Below are positions 54,796 through 64,000 of a DNA stretch of 64,000 bases, piece after piece. Made by a program: the position numbers and the translations under genes. The DNA is from Candidatus Marinacidobacterales bacterium (GTDB lineage: Bacteria > Acidobacteriota > Vicinamibacteria > Marinacidobacterales > SMYC01). The number at the start of each line of letters is the position of its first letter. Position 1 is the first letter of the stretch. The notes under the pieces were generated by a model, which worked only from the letters and a program-made list of their open reading frames with translations, was not told where the DNA came from and made no database searches. Location: positions 2,176,001 to 2,240,000 of the forward strand of contig CBDCYI010000005.1 in the NCBI GenBank assembly GCA_965224085.1. The letters are read 5' to 3'.

Positions 54796-57631
54796 GGCCC
54801 AAACTGATATGCAACCGCCCGAACGGCTCCGTGCAAGGAGTCGTGACGTCTGGGCAAGTGACGGAATGACGGGTCCGTCGGTCGAGCTTCATCCCGTAGT
54901 CGACCCGCAAAGGACCGAGCGGCGTGTCGAAGCGAAAACCGAACCCGACGTTATAGCGCCAGTTCACAAGCTTGAGGATCTGTAGGCGTCGATAGACGGT
55001 GCCGTTGTCGGAGAAAAGGACCCCGCGCAAATTGCCAAAAATCGGAAAGCGCAGCTCGAGGTTGAGCAGTGCGAGCACGTTGCCGCCGACAGGCTCACCA
55101 TCGACGATGATCGTTTTGTCACCAATATTTACCGGAATCTTCGCCTTCGGGCTTGCCTGGTCGAGCGCGAATCCGCGAAGCGTCGTCGCGCCGCCCGCCC
55201 AGAAGCGCTCGGCGATGGGTAAGAGCGCATCACGATCTTCGCGGAACGTCTGACCGATACCGACGCGTAGGCCGAGCGCTAGGACCATGTTCTTCGGCAC
55301 CTTGAAATATAAAAACTGCTGCGCGAGTCCCTTCAAATACGGCGCCTCGGTGCCCAGAATCCGAGAGGACCATTCGAGATCGAGAATCCGAAACTGGCCC
55401 GCCGAAGGGTTGAGAGGATCGTCTCGTCGATCCATCACCGAGGCGGCCGAGAGCGAGGCGACGCGTACGTTGCGGAAGCGACGGTCGATCTCGTCTATAT
55501 CGACGAGAAGGTTGAAGATTTTCGTGCGGTCGAAGCGATAGCGGAACAACAGGTTCTGATGCTCGCTGAGGCGTTTCGATATCTGGAGGCCAACACCGAC
55601 GCGGTTGTAGTCGAAGCTCGTCCGCTGCTCTTCTTCCGCAAACAAGCTCACGAAGAGCGGCAGGTTCGAAACGAAGCTGTCGGGCTGGCGGTAGGTCGTG
55701 ATGAAGCGGCTGCCACGAAAGCTCGCACGGGTAAAAACACTCACGGTACGGTTACGTCCGAAGAGATTTCGGCGCGTGATCTCGAACTCCGCGCGCCCGA
55801 GCTGCCTCTCCTCGAAACCGAATCCATAAGCGAAGGTCGTGCGTGGGCCCTCTTCGACGGAGATGAGAATATCGCTGCGATTCGTGATCGGATCGGCGGG
55901 AAGAACTTCGATGTCCACGCTGCGAAAAAGCCCCGACGAGACAAGCTGCTGGCGCGTCTCCAGAATGGAAACGGGCGACAACGGCTCTCCCGTGTCGAGC
56001 GTAACGAGCTGGCGCACCGAAGACTCCTTTGTGACATCGAGGCCTGTGACGATGATGCGGTCGACCCGGGTGCGCTCGCCTTCACGAACACTGAAATCGA
56101 CCCTAGCCTTGGTTCCCCTCTCGTTCCAAGTCGTCGATGACTGCACGTCGACTTGGCGAAAGCCTTCGCTGTAGTAATGCGTCACGATGCGGTCGCGGGC
56201 CTCGACGATGCCGGTAGCGTCGAACGGCCCGCCCGGCTCGAGTCTGGAAACGCGAATCACTTCGGCGGGCTCAATCGCGGCTGCGCCTGCGACGTCGACG
56301 GCCTCGATCCCCGCTCTGGGACCCGGGTCGACATGGGCGACGAGGGTGAGCCTGGACGGGTTCTCGGGCGCGGTGCGAAGCTCGCCGTCGACGCGCACGC
56401 GGTGATAGCCGTTTCTCTCCATATAGCTTCGAATGACTTTGACGTCCTGCTCCCAGAGATCCTCATGAAAAGGTGCCGCGCGAAATCGGCGACGGGTCGG
56501 TGTGGCCAATAGCGGGCGGATCTCTGCTTCCAAGGCAGCGTCGAGCCCCTCGAGCTCGATGGCGACGACGTCGTAGCGCAGGCCGGTGTCGACGACGAAT
56601 CTCAAGTAGAGATAGCGGCCTTCCGACGTGCTCTCGCGCTCGGTCTCGACGCTCGCGTCACGATAGCCTTCCTCGACGAGATGGTCTCGGAGATTGACGC
56701 GGGATTCCTCGATGAGGTCTTCCGTCAATCGGCTCTCACCGTAGAGCGGCACGAGCCGCTCGAGCGTCTTTTTGGAAAGGTCACCCCCTATGACCTCGAT
56801 GTGAACGCGGGGGCCGAGCTCGGCGGTGAGGTGCAAGTCGACGAGGGCGCCTTCGCCAGGCGTCGCGTCGACTTCGATCCGCGCGCGGTAAAAGCCGCGT
56901 TCGTGCCACTCGTTGGCGATTTTCTCGACGCTCGCGTCGAGCTCCGCTTTGGAGTACATACCGCCTTCACTTATTTTGAGCTCTCGCCGAACATGCGCTT
57001 CCACATAAGGTGCGACCCCGGTAACATCGAGGGCGGAAACGCGCGCCTGCTGCCCTGATTCGATGTGAAAGACGACGGTGGCGGTCGGGGACTCAAACGA
57101 AGCTTCCGGCTCCACTTCGGCCCACAAGAAGCCTTCTTCTCGAAGCAGCGTCCGAATGCGCGCGGCCGCCGTGCTCAGAAGCTCGACGTCCAGAGGATCT
57201 CCGGGACGAAGGTGACTCTCGTCGATCAAGCGCGGCTCGAGCTGCTTTAGACGTGTGCTCACACCCTCGACGCCCGTGACTTCTACTCCGGTTACTTCGA
57301 CGCGAGGATATAGATGAAAAATAACGTCGACTTCCTGGCCGTTCTCGACACGATCGGCTTCGACCTTGACGTCGCTGAACTTGTCCAGAGCGAAGAGCTG
57401 CCGGATGGAGCGGCGTATCGCCTCGGGGCTATAGATGTCGCCGGGCACGATATCGATGAGCTCGCGTGTTGCCTCGGGGAGCTGCGTGTCTCGAAGCGCC
57501 AAACGAACGTCGCGCACCCGCGCACCGCGATAGCTCTCGCTCGCTCGCTCGCGAGCTGTTTGGGCCGAAAGGCTCGTGGCCCCTAGGCAAGCCCAAAGGA
57601 GAGCTATGCCAGAAGCGATGAACCGGACCAT
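54785..57631 (-). CDS. Omp85/BamA-TamA family outer-membrane assembly factor
   Basis: Multiple POTRA domains; FWAGGATTLRGF; TPLGPLRVDYG; C-terminal GHAF. Confidence 0.93.
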   Translation of the reverse strand: MVRFIASGIALLWACLGATSLSAQTARERASESYRGARVRDVRLALRDTQLPEATRELIDIVPGDIYSPEAIRRSIRQLFALDKFSDVKVEADRVENGQEVDVIFHLYPRVEVTGVEVTGVEGVSTRLKQLEPRLIDESHLRPGDPLDVELLSTAAARIRTLLREEGFLWAEVEPEASFESPTATVVFHIESGQQARVSALDVTGVAPYVEAHVRRELKISEGGMYSKAELDASVEKIANEWHERGFYRARIEVDATPGEGALVDLHLTAELGPRVHIEVIGGDLSKKTLERLVPLYGESRLTEDLIEESRVNLRDHLVEEGYRDASVETERESTSEGRYLYLRFVVDTGLRYDVVAIELEGLDAALEAEIRPLLATPTRRRFRAAPFHEDLWEQDVKVIRSYMERNGYHRVRVDGELRTAPENPSRLTLVAHVDPGPRAGIEAVDVAGAAAIEPAEVIRVSRLEPGGPFDATGIVEARDRIVTHYYSEGFRQVDVQSSTTWNERGTKARVDFSVREGERTRVDRIIVTGLDVTKESSVRQLVTLDTGEPLSPVSILETRQQLVSSGLFRSVDIEVLPADPITNRSDILISVEEGPRTTFAYGFGFEERQLGRAEFEITRRNLFGRNRTVSVFTRASFRGSRFITTYRQPDSFVSNLPLFVSLFAEEEQRTSFDYNRVGVGLQISKRLSEHQNLLFRYRFDRTKIFNLLVDIDEIDRRFRNVRVASLSAASVMDRRDDPLNPSAGQFRILDLEWSSRILGTEAPYLKGLAQQFLYFKVPKNMVLALGLRVGIGQTFREDRDALLPIAERFWAGGATTLRGFALDQASPKAKIPVNIGDKTIIVDGEPVGGNVLALLNLELRFPIFGNLRGVLFSDNGTVYRRLQILKLVNWRYNVGFGFRFDTPLGPLRVDYGMKLDRRTRHSVTCPDVTTPCTEPFGRLHISLGHAF

Positions 57632-60600
57632 CAGAAACTCTTGCGAAACTTGACGTCGATGCCGATGTCGCCGTCTTCGTCCCGAGAGAGAATCCAAGAC
57701 ATACTACCCTCGGGCGTGTACTCGATGACGATGATGGCTTCTTGCGTCGAGTTGAGGTTCGACGAGTAGTTGATGCTCAAATCGCGCGTAATTTGTTTTC
57801 CGAGGCTGACGCGCGCAGTGGGGTTGGCGAAGCGGCCCACGAGAAAGGGATCGATGCTGAATCGGTCGAGACCAAAGAGTCGCTCGGCGCGTCGGCCGAA
57901 TTCCGCGGTGAGGCGCTCGGTGAGGAGCGACGCCACACCGACACCGGCGAGCTCCTCTTCCTCGGTGCCGATGAGAATATCGCGCTCGTTCGCGCCCGAA
58001 AGGAGCCGTAAAATGTCCACCGTGCGAAGCGGCGGGTCGGAGCTGAGCTCGGGGTAGAAGCGATCGACCGTTCCCGTCAGCTTCAGCTCGACGCGGTAGC
58101 TACGAACGCGGGTCTCCGCCGTCAGCTCGATAAAGGGCTCGACCTTCGTCGGGTCGACGAAATCCACTTTTCCCGCAGTGATGTCGTAGCGCTGACCCAG
58201 GAAGAAAACCTCGCCTCGCTGCGCTTCCGCGGTTCCGAGAAGAACGGGGTCCGCCACCGTTCCCCGAAGCTCGATCTCGGCGCTCGCGTCGATCTCTACA
58301 AGAGAGTTTCTGAGCCGAAGGCTTTCAGGAGCCACGATAGTGACGTTGAAGCGAAGCTTCTCGAGAAACGCAGCGCCTTCTAGCTCCTCGAATAGCGCGA
58401 GCCCTTCGCTATCCGAAAGAATGCCGGACACGATGTCGTACTCGCGCGACCAAACGGCTTCGCGGAGGGTCACCCGGCCGCTCAAAACTTGTTCGTCCCG
58501 ACTCCCGACGAGCGAGAGCTCCGCATCGAGGGTTGCCACGAGTCCTTCGGGATAGCGAAGCCGCATTTCCGTGCCGCTCGCTCGAAGGTCGAGCGAGCCC
58601 GGTCTCAAGTCTTCCAGCGAGATAGCGCCTGCGATGGTGATCGGTCCCGATCCGAAAACGCCGGTAAGCTTGGGGATGCGGATCGTTCGATTGTCGAATA
58701 CGAGGCGGCCGCGCAAGTCGCCAATGGTTTGGCGAAAGCCTTCGACCCTCAACGAGCTTCCGGCTAGGTCGGCGTGGCCGCTCAGAGACGGTCGGTCCCA
58801 GCTGCCCGTAATGCGAGCGGAGAGATCGACGTCTCCCGTCGCGGCGATGCCGGGATAAAAAGACCCCAATAAGCCGAGAGTCGTCACTCCTTCCGCACGC
58901 AAATCGAGAGTCTTCGCGCGGAAGTTCACCGCGCCACCCACGCCCACACGGCTCGTATCCTCCGCGAGCGAGAGCGTCGGGATGTGGAGAACGCCATCCG
59001 CCAAGTGCACCTCGATAGGCGCGAGAGAGCCGAGGCGAAAGCTCTCGCTCTCGACGGACACGTTCGCGAGCGTGGCATCGAGGCTCGCGGTCTCGGGCCG
59101 CTTCAAATCCACGGCGAAGCTCGAATGGCCGCTCGCACGAATCCGCACAGGTTGCGGAAGCCATTCAGACATGCGGTCGAGCCACGGGCCGACATCGAGG
59201 TCTTGGAAGCGGACGGTACCCGAGGCAGGGAAATCGCCCTCGAGCCGGCTCGTCACCTCGAGCGCGAGGCGCTCGTCGAGCTCGATCGAAAGCTCGAGCT
59301 CTGTACCTCCCAGCCGTCCCGAGAGAGAGGCTTCGCCGAGCGACTTCCCGCCGAGCAATAACTCGCGCGCGCGCCCGCGCAGATCGACGACAGGAACATC
59401 CACGCGTCCGGCGATAGTGGCTTCGATCTCGAGGCGACCGTCGAGGTCCCGATCGAGAACGGTGTGTCCGGTGAGAGCAAAGCTGTCGGTTGAAAGCGTT
59501 CCTTCGATGACACCGGTCTCTACGTCCATAGTGAGATGGCCACCGATGCTCGATTGGCGTTGTACGAGCTCGGCGTCCTCGAGCTTTATCGTCGTCCCGT
59601 CGAAGACAGCGCTAGCCGTGGCGCGGTCGAACGGCTCGCCAAAAAAAACGGGCTCGACAATCGTCAAACTCGCCGTCCCGGCGAGCTCACCGCCGATACG
59701 GGCTACATCGAGATCGCCCGACGTGAGACCCTCGACGGATTCTGACCTGTCGAGAAACGTGGAGAGATCCGAAGCGGGCCAGTCCGAGAAGCGAAGGCTG
59801 ACGTCGAAATCGCGCCCGTCGAACGGACCTTCGAGCGAAAACTCGCCCGCGCCGGCGACGACGCCTCCATTTTTGTTCGCGACGAGGTCTTCGAATCGCA
59901 GCACCTCGCGCGACAGCACGCCCCGGCTCCGCACGTCTCGGATGAGCAAGCGATCGAACTGCAGTACTCCGGCGGCGACCTCCCCATCGAAAGTGAAATG
60001 AGGGACGCGTTCGCTCAGCCGGCCGCGGGCGAAACCTGTGCCGGAGATACCCCAAGGCTCGGGGTCGGGCTCGCCGTCGGGCCGAAGCAATCGCCGAACG
60101 TCACGCGCGAGCTCGTCCGTGCGCGCCAGATTGTCGGAGCGTACATTGACAAAGAGCTCGGCGGAGCCGAACCGTGGGTAGAGACCCGACAAGGTGCCCG
60201 ACACGGCATCGGTATCGACCCGGGCAGACTCGATCTCGATATCGCCGTCCTGCACACGCCCCGAAACCTCGAAAGCCATGGTCTCGGCGTCGCTCGGCAT
60301 TGTTCCCTTCAGGCCCTTCATGCCCCTCAGCTCGAACGTGCCGGTCGAGCGGTGCGGCTCGGTGGCGGGGAAGCTCAGGCTAAAGCGGCCAGACACCAAC
60401 GAGTCGACAGGGCTCCGGCGTCCGCGTATACCAGCCACCATTTCGGCCAGGGCGGTGCCTTCGATGGCGATTTCGAGGGAAGCCGGGTGATCGGCGGGAG
60501 GCAAGGCTTGGTGCAGCTCAACGCGACCTCGTCCCGAGGCGACGACACCTTCGGCGCCGCTCAGCTGTAGGAGCTGTCGGTCCCAGAAGACCTGGCCGGT

Positions 60601-61530
60601 CCAATCGGAGGCGGCGACACCGAGTACCCGGCCGCGCCCCCACCGAACCGACCCTTCGAGCCGCTTGTTCTCGGGCGATAGATCCAAAGTTCCGTTGAAC
60701 GCCATCATCCCCGTTATCGCGTGGGGGTTCGACGAGACCCCGAAGATCGAAGCCACGGCGCGTTCGACGGGACCTTCCGCTGAAACCTCGAAGCGGCCGC
60801 GCACGCCGCCTCCGAGTCCCAACTTGCCCTTTGCGCGTAGCTCTCCTAACTCGGAGAGAGCGTGCGCTTCGTGGAGCAAGAGCTCGCCCGCCGCGATCTC
60901 GAACTCCGCGGACACGCTGCCCCGCATCTCGGGATGATCTTTGATGACAAGGTTGCCGTCTTCGTAATCCAGCCTTCCCGCGTAGCTACCCGAGCCCCCG
61001 CGCTCGACGGAGATACCCAAGTTCGTGGCTTCGAGCCGCCACGGGACAGTCTCGTTTGCGAGCAGGATAGTCGCATCTTCGAGCGCTACCCGATCCGCGG
61101 AGATGGAAACGCGCGTCTCCCCGGCAGTGCGGGCCAAAGAAACGCCGTCCTCGGAGCCCTCCGACACGCGGAGCACCAGCCCTTGCACGAGGAGCTCCGT
61201 CCAATGGAGGCGAAAACGCAGGATTTCGGACAAGCGCAGCTGGCCCCAAACGCGGTCCACCGTCAAAAGAGGGTCGTCGTCGGGTCCCTCGACGGAGATA
61301 TCTCTCAGTTCGAAGGCGTAGCGGGTCAAGTATAGGTCAATCGACCCAATCGTGACCGGAGCGCCCGCAACAGCCGAAAGCTCGGTTTCTAACTGTTGGC
61401 GCAGCGTCTCTGGGTAGTCGAAGAAAATGAGATAGGTCGCAAAGACGAGCAGCAGAACGGCGGCCACGGACGCGAAAGCCGCAATGAGCCAGCCGATAAA
61501 CCGCACGAAACGTCGATGTCGGCTGACCAT
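57631..61530 (-). CDS. tamB: TamB/AsmA-like translocation and assembly module protein
   Basis: N-terminal TM, long beta-rich body, DUF490-like LSSDPPL, ends FRKSF. Confidence 0.85.
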   Translation of the reverse strand: MVSRHRRFVRFIGWLIAAFASVAAVLLLVFATYLIFFDYPETLRQQLETELSAVAGAPVTIGSIDLYLTRYAFELRDISVEGPDDDPLLTVDRVWGQLRLSEILRFRLHWTELLVQGLVLRVSEGSEDGVSLARTAGETRVSISADRVALEDATILLANETVPWRLEATNLGISVERGGSGSYAGRLDYEDGNLVIKDHPEMRGSVSAEFEIAAGELLLHEAHALSELGELRAKGKLGLGGGVRGRFEVSAEGPVERAVASIFGVSSNPHAITGMMAFNGTLDLSPENKRLEGSVRWGRGRVLGVAASDWTGQVFWDRQLLQLSGAEGVVASGRGRVELHQALPPADHPASLEIAIEGTALAEMVAGIRGRRSPVDSLVSGRFSLSFPATEPHRSTGTFELRGMKGLKGTMPSDAETMAFEVSGRVQDGDIEIESARVDTDAVSGTLSGLYPRFGSAELFVNVRSDNLARTDELARDVRRLLRPDGEPDPEPWGISGTGFARGRLSERVPHFTFDGEVAAGVLQFDRLLIRDVRSRGVLSREVLRFEDLVANKNGGVVAGAGEFSLEGPFDGRDFDVSLRFSDWPASDLSTFLDRSESVEGLTSGDLDVARIGGELAGTASLTIVEPVFFGEPFDRATASAVFDGTTIKLEDAELVQRQSSIGGHLTMDVETGVIEGTLSTDSFALTGHTVLDRDLDGRLEIEATIAGRVDVPVVDLRGRARELLLGGKSLGEASLSGRLGGTELELSIELDERLALEVTSRLEGDFPASGTVRFQDLDVGPWLDRMSEWLPQPVRIRASGHSSFAVDLKRPETASLDATLANVSVESESFRLGSLAPIEVHLADGVLHIPTLSLAEDTSRVGVGGAVNFRAKTLDLRAEGVTTLGLLGSFYPGIAATGDVDLSARITGSWDRPSLSGHADLAGSSLRVEGFRQTIGDLRGRLVFDNRTIRIPKLTGVFGSGPITIAGAISLEDLRPGSLDLRASGTEMRLRYPEGLVATLDAELSLVGSRDEQVLSGRVTLREAVWSREYDIVSGILSDSEGLALFEELEGAAFLEKLRFNVTIVAPESLRLRNSLVEIDASAEIELRGTVADPVLLGTAEAQRGEVFFLGQRYDITAGKVDFVDPTKVEPFIELTAETRVRSYRVELKLTGTVDRFYPELSSDPPLRTVDILRLLSGANERDILIGTEEEELAGVGVASLLTERLTAEFGRRAERLFGLDRFSIDPFLVGRFANPTARVSLGKQITRDLSINYSSNLNSTQEAIIVIEYTPEGSMSWILSRDEDGDIGIDVKFRKSF

Positions 61531-61549
61531 TGTATTTGGGTTAATACAC

Positions 61550-62056
61550 CTAATTCGATTGCACGACGAATAGCGTCTCTCGCGCTTGAATCGCTTGCCC
61601 TTCTCGAACGCCAAGCTCCTTGAGCACACCGTCCTGTGGGCTTCGCATCTCGTTCTGCATTTTCATCGCTTCGAACAGCAGAATGGCCTGACCGGCTGCT
61701 ACCGTCTCACCCGTGGACGCGAGAAGCCTGACGACCCTGCCGGGCATCGGCGCTTTGACTTCGCTGCGCCCAGAAGTACTTTTACCCATGGCGCGTTCTT
61801 GGCGTTCGAGGCCGCTACCGAAGCGAAATCGCTCTCCTAGAACCTCGACGAGGACCTCCCCATTGTCTCGTTCGACATGGGCCTCATAGGACTTCCCGTC
61901 GATGAGAACAGACCAGGCAGAGCCCCCGCTTCGGACCACGCTCGCAGCAAATGGCGGCGAGCTCGAGCGCGCGCCGTAGCCCGCGCCTTCTTGCGTGAAC
62001 TCGACGACAAAGCCTTCTCCGTCAGGCAATGCGTGAAACTTCTTTTCGCGCGACAT
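61550..62056 (-). CDS. Biotin carboxyl carrier subunit
   Basis: APMPGRVV; EAMKMQNE. Confidence 0.92.
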   Translation of the reverse strand: MSREKKFHALPDGEGFVVEFTQEGAGYGARSSSPPFAASVVRSGGSAWSVLIDGKSYEAHVERDNGEVLVEVLGERFRFGSGLERQERAMGKSTSGRSEVKAPMPGRVVRLLASTGETVAAGQAILLFEAMKMQNEMRSPQDGVLKELGVREGQAIQARETLFVVQSN

Positions 62057-62061
62057 GCCCG

Positions 62062-63570
62062 CTACAGCCGATTCCCGACTTGCTCACGCAAGCCCATTTG
62101 CTTCCAGGCCGAGACTTTGGCTCTGGGACCCTCTCGCCTCGTCGCGTGCCGAGACGCATCCTCCGCTGCCGCGGCGGCGAGCGCGGCGGCGCAAAGCTCA
62201 GCACGCCTTTCTGAAGGACGAGCCGCGATCTCGCTCATCCAGTGGCGGTCTACGAAAGACACGTCGACGTCGCCGGCGATGAATCGCTCGTCCGCAAGCA
62301 TGCGCTCGAAAAACGGTAGGGTCGTTGCAATACCATCCACTTGATATTCCCGAACCGCTCGCCGTGCCCTACCAAGACAATGCATCCGGTCGTCCCCTGC
62401 TACGACCAGTTTAGCAATGAGTGGGTCGTAGTGTGGAGTCACTTCGCAGCCGGCATAGACCCCGCTGTCGTTGCGGATCCCCGGTCCCTCGGCGGCCCGA
62501 AGAAAGCGGATCCGGCCCGAGGACGGGGTGAAGTTCTGAAACGGGTCCTCTGCGGTAACGCGGAACTCCATCGCCCATCCGCGCGCATCGACGTCGGACT
62601 GCTCGAGCGGTAGCACCTCACCGCACGCGATCTGAAGCTGAAGGTGAACGAGGTCCCATCCGGTGACGAGCTCCGTTACCGGGTGCTCGACTTGAAGGCG
62701 GGCATTCATCTCCAGAAAATAGAAGTTGCGATCGGCATCGACGAGAAACTCCACCGTTCCCGCATTGACGTAGCCCGCCTCGCGCGCGAGGGCCACGGCG
62801 GCCTCACCCATACGGCGGCGAAGCGCATCATCCACGAAAGGCGAGGGGGCCTCCTCGATGAGCTTTTGATGCCGCCTTTGCACCGAGCACTCGCGCTCCA
62901 TTAGATGTACGGCGTTGCCGTTTCGGTCCGCAAGAACCTGAAACTCGATGTGGTGCGGCCGGTCGATGAACTTCTCGAGAAACACCGATGGGTTCGAGAA
63001 GCTCGACTGCGCCTCCGAGCTCGCTTGCTCGAAAGCCGAAGACAGCTCCTCGAGTACTCTCACTTGGCGCATGCCTTTACCACCACCCCCGGCAGTGGCT
63101 TTCACGAGAAGCGGGAATCCAACGCCGGGCGCTTTTTGGAGCGCGTCGTCGACGGAAGTCAACGCGCCGGTGCCCGGCACCGTGGGTACGCCCGCGCGCT
63201 CGGCGACGGCGCGGGCCTCCACCTTGTCACCCATGAGGTGTACCGCTTCCGCGGGCGGCCCGATAAAGACGAGACCGGCATCCACACACGCTCGCGCAAA
63301 GTCTGCGTTCTCCGCGAGAAAACCGTAGCCCGGATGAACGGCTTCGGCGCCGGCGCGCGCGGCGGCTTCGAGAATCTTGTCGACCCGGAGATAGCTCTCC
63401 GAAGACGGTGCGGGTCCGAGGCGGTAGGCTTCGTCTGCCAGACGCACGTGAAGGCTCTCTCGATCCGCATCCGAGTAGACGGCGGCCGAGCCCACCCCGA
63501 GCTCCCGCAAACCCCGCTCGATACGAACGGCAATTTCACCACGATTAGCGATCAGAACTTTTTTGAACAT
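62062..63570 (-). CDS. accC: Acyl-CoA carboxylase biotin carboxylase subunit
   Basis: LIANRGEIA; HPGYGFLAEN; GGGGKGM; RLQVEHPVTE. Confidence 0.95.
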   Translation of the reverse strand: MFKKVLIANRGEIAVRIERGLRELGVGSAAVYSDADRESLHVRLADEAYRLGPAPSSESYLRVDKILEAAARAGAEAVHPGYGFLAENADFARACVDAGLVFIGPPAEAVHLMGDKVEARAVAERAGVPTVPGTGALTSVDDALQKAPGVGFPLLVKATAGGGGKGMRQVRVLEELSSAFEQASSEAQSSFSNPSVFLEKFIDRPHHIEFQVLADRNGNAVHLMERECSVQRRHQKLIEEAPSPFVDDALRRRMGEAAVALAREAGYVNAGTVEFLVDADRNFYFLEMNARLQVEHPVTELVTGWDLVHLQLQIACGEVLPLEQSDVDARGWAMEFRVTAEDPFQNFTPSSGRIRFLRAAEGPGIRNDSGVYAGCEVTPHYDPLIAKLVVAGDDRMHCLGRARRAVREYQVDGIATTLPFFERMLADERFIAGDVDVSFVDRHWMSEIAARPSERRAELCAAALAAAAAEDASRHATRREGPRAKVSAWKQMGLREQVGNRL

Positions 63571-63689
63571 AGGCGTTTTGACTCGGTCGGTGGGACCAGT
63601 CGACATAACTCGATAGGACGTCGTCGGCTCGCCTTGTCAGCAACAAAAATGGCCTAGGCCTTCACCGACAGGATCAGCGGGTGCGAGCA

Positions 63690-64000
63690 TCAGAGCGGAA
63701 TGTTTCCATGTTTCTTGGGAGGGTTCGAGTCTCGTTTGGTTTCGAGCGAGCGAAGGGCGGTAATGAGCTTTGCTCGCGTATGGCGGGGTGCTATCACCTC
63801 GTCGAGATAGCCTCGCTCGGCGGCAACATAAGGGTTCGCGAGCCTGTTACGAAACTCGGCGATCTTTTCTTGGCGCAGAGCGTCCGCATCCTCGGCTTCC
63901 GCGAGCTCGCGTTTGTACAATATATTGACGGCGCCCTGGGGTCCCATGACCGCGATCTCCGCTGTCGGAAACGCGTAGTTGAAATCGGTACGGATGTGCT
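63690..64000 (-). CDS. pccB: Acyl-CoA carboxyltransferase beta chain, C-terminus (runs off window)
   Basis: AFPTAEIAVMGP; NPYVAAERGYLD; PKKHGNIPL. Confidence 0.9.
   Translation of the reverse strand, partial: HIRTDFNYAFPTAEIAVMGPQGAVNILYKRELAEAEDADALRQEKIAEFRNRLANPYVAAERGYLDEVIAPRHTRAKLITALRSLETKRDSNPPKKHGNIPL

Overview
GC-rich bacterial chromosome segment, probably Acidobacteriota (inferred from an ADOP-type permease fragment, a DUF1552 fragment, a kinase-PD40 gene and a split ATP synthase operon). Two intact housekeeping blocks alternate with heavily decayed accessory regions. The first intact block (about 14.1-35.1 kb) holds a perfect parS site, parA-parB-bactofilin, atpF'FHAGDC, an orphan Dam-family methylase, YyaL, fabH and a four-gene cluster matching the myxobacterial ether-lipid locus elbB-E (HAD, LarA-like protein, a 1453-aa reductase/acyl-AMP ligase/ACP/acyltransferase fusion, and an SDR). 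A lipid kinase and a CDP-alcohol phosphatidyltransferase follow at 36-38 kb. The second block (about 47.8-64 kb) holds ArsR-SRPBCC-TfoX, a dipeptidase, typA, an IS6, surA-like, tamA/tamB and an acyl-CoA carboxylase. The accessory regions (about 1.7-10.6 kb, 35.2-36.1 kb, 38.3-47.8 kb) are a patchwork of gene fragments with in-frame stops, frameshifts, a 10-bp duplication, microhomology-bounded deletions and inversions, and remnants of IS5, IS6 and IS1634. No rRNA, tRNA or CRISPR array was seen. The most interesting items are the extended ether-lipid neighbourhood and the microhomology-joined scrambling confined to non-essential genes. All calls rest on motif recognition by eye; no searches were run.
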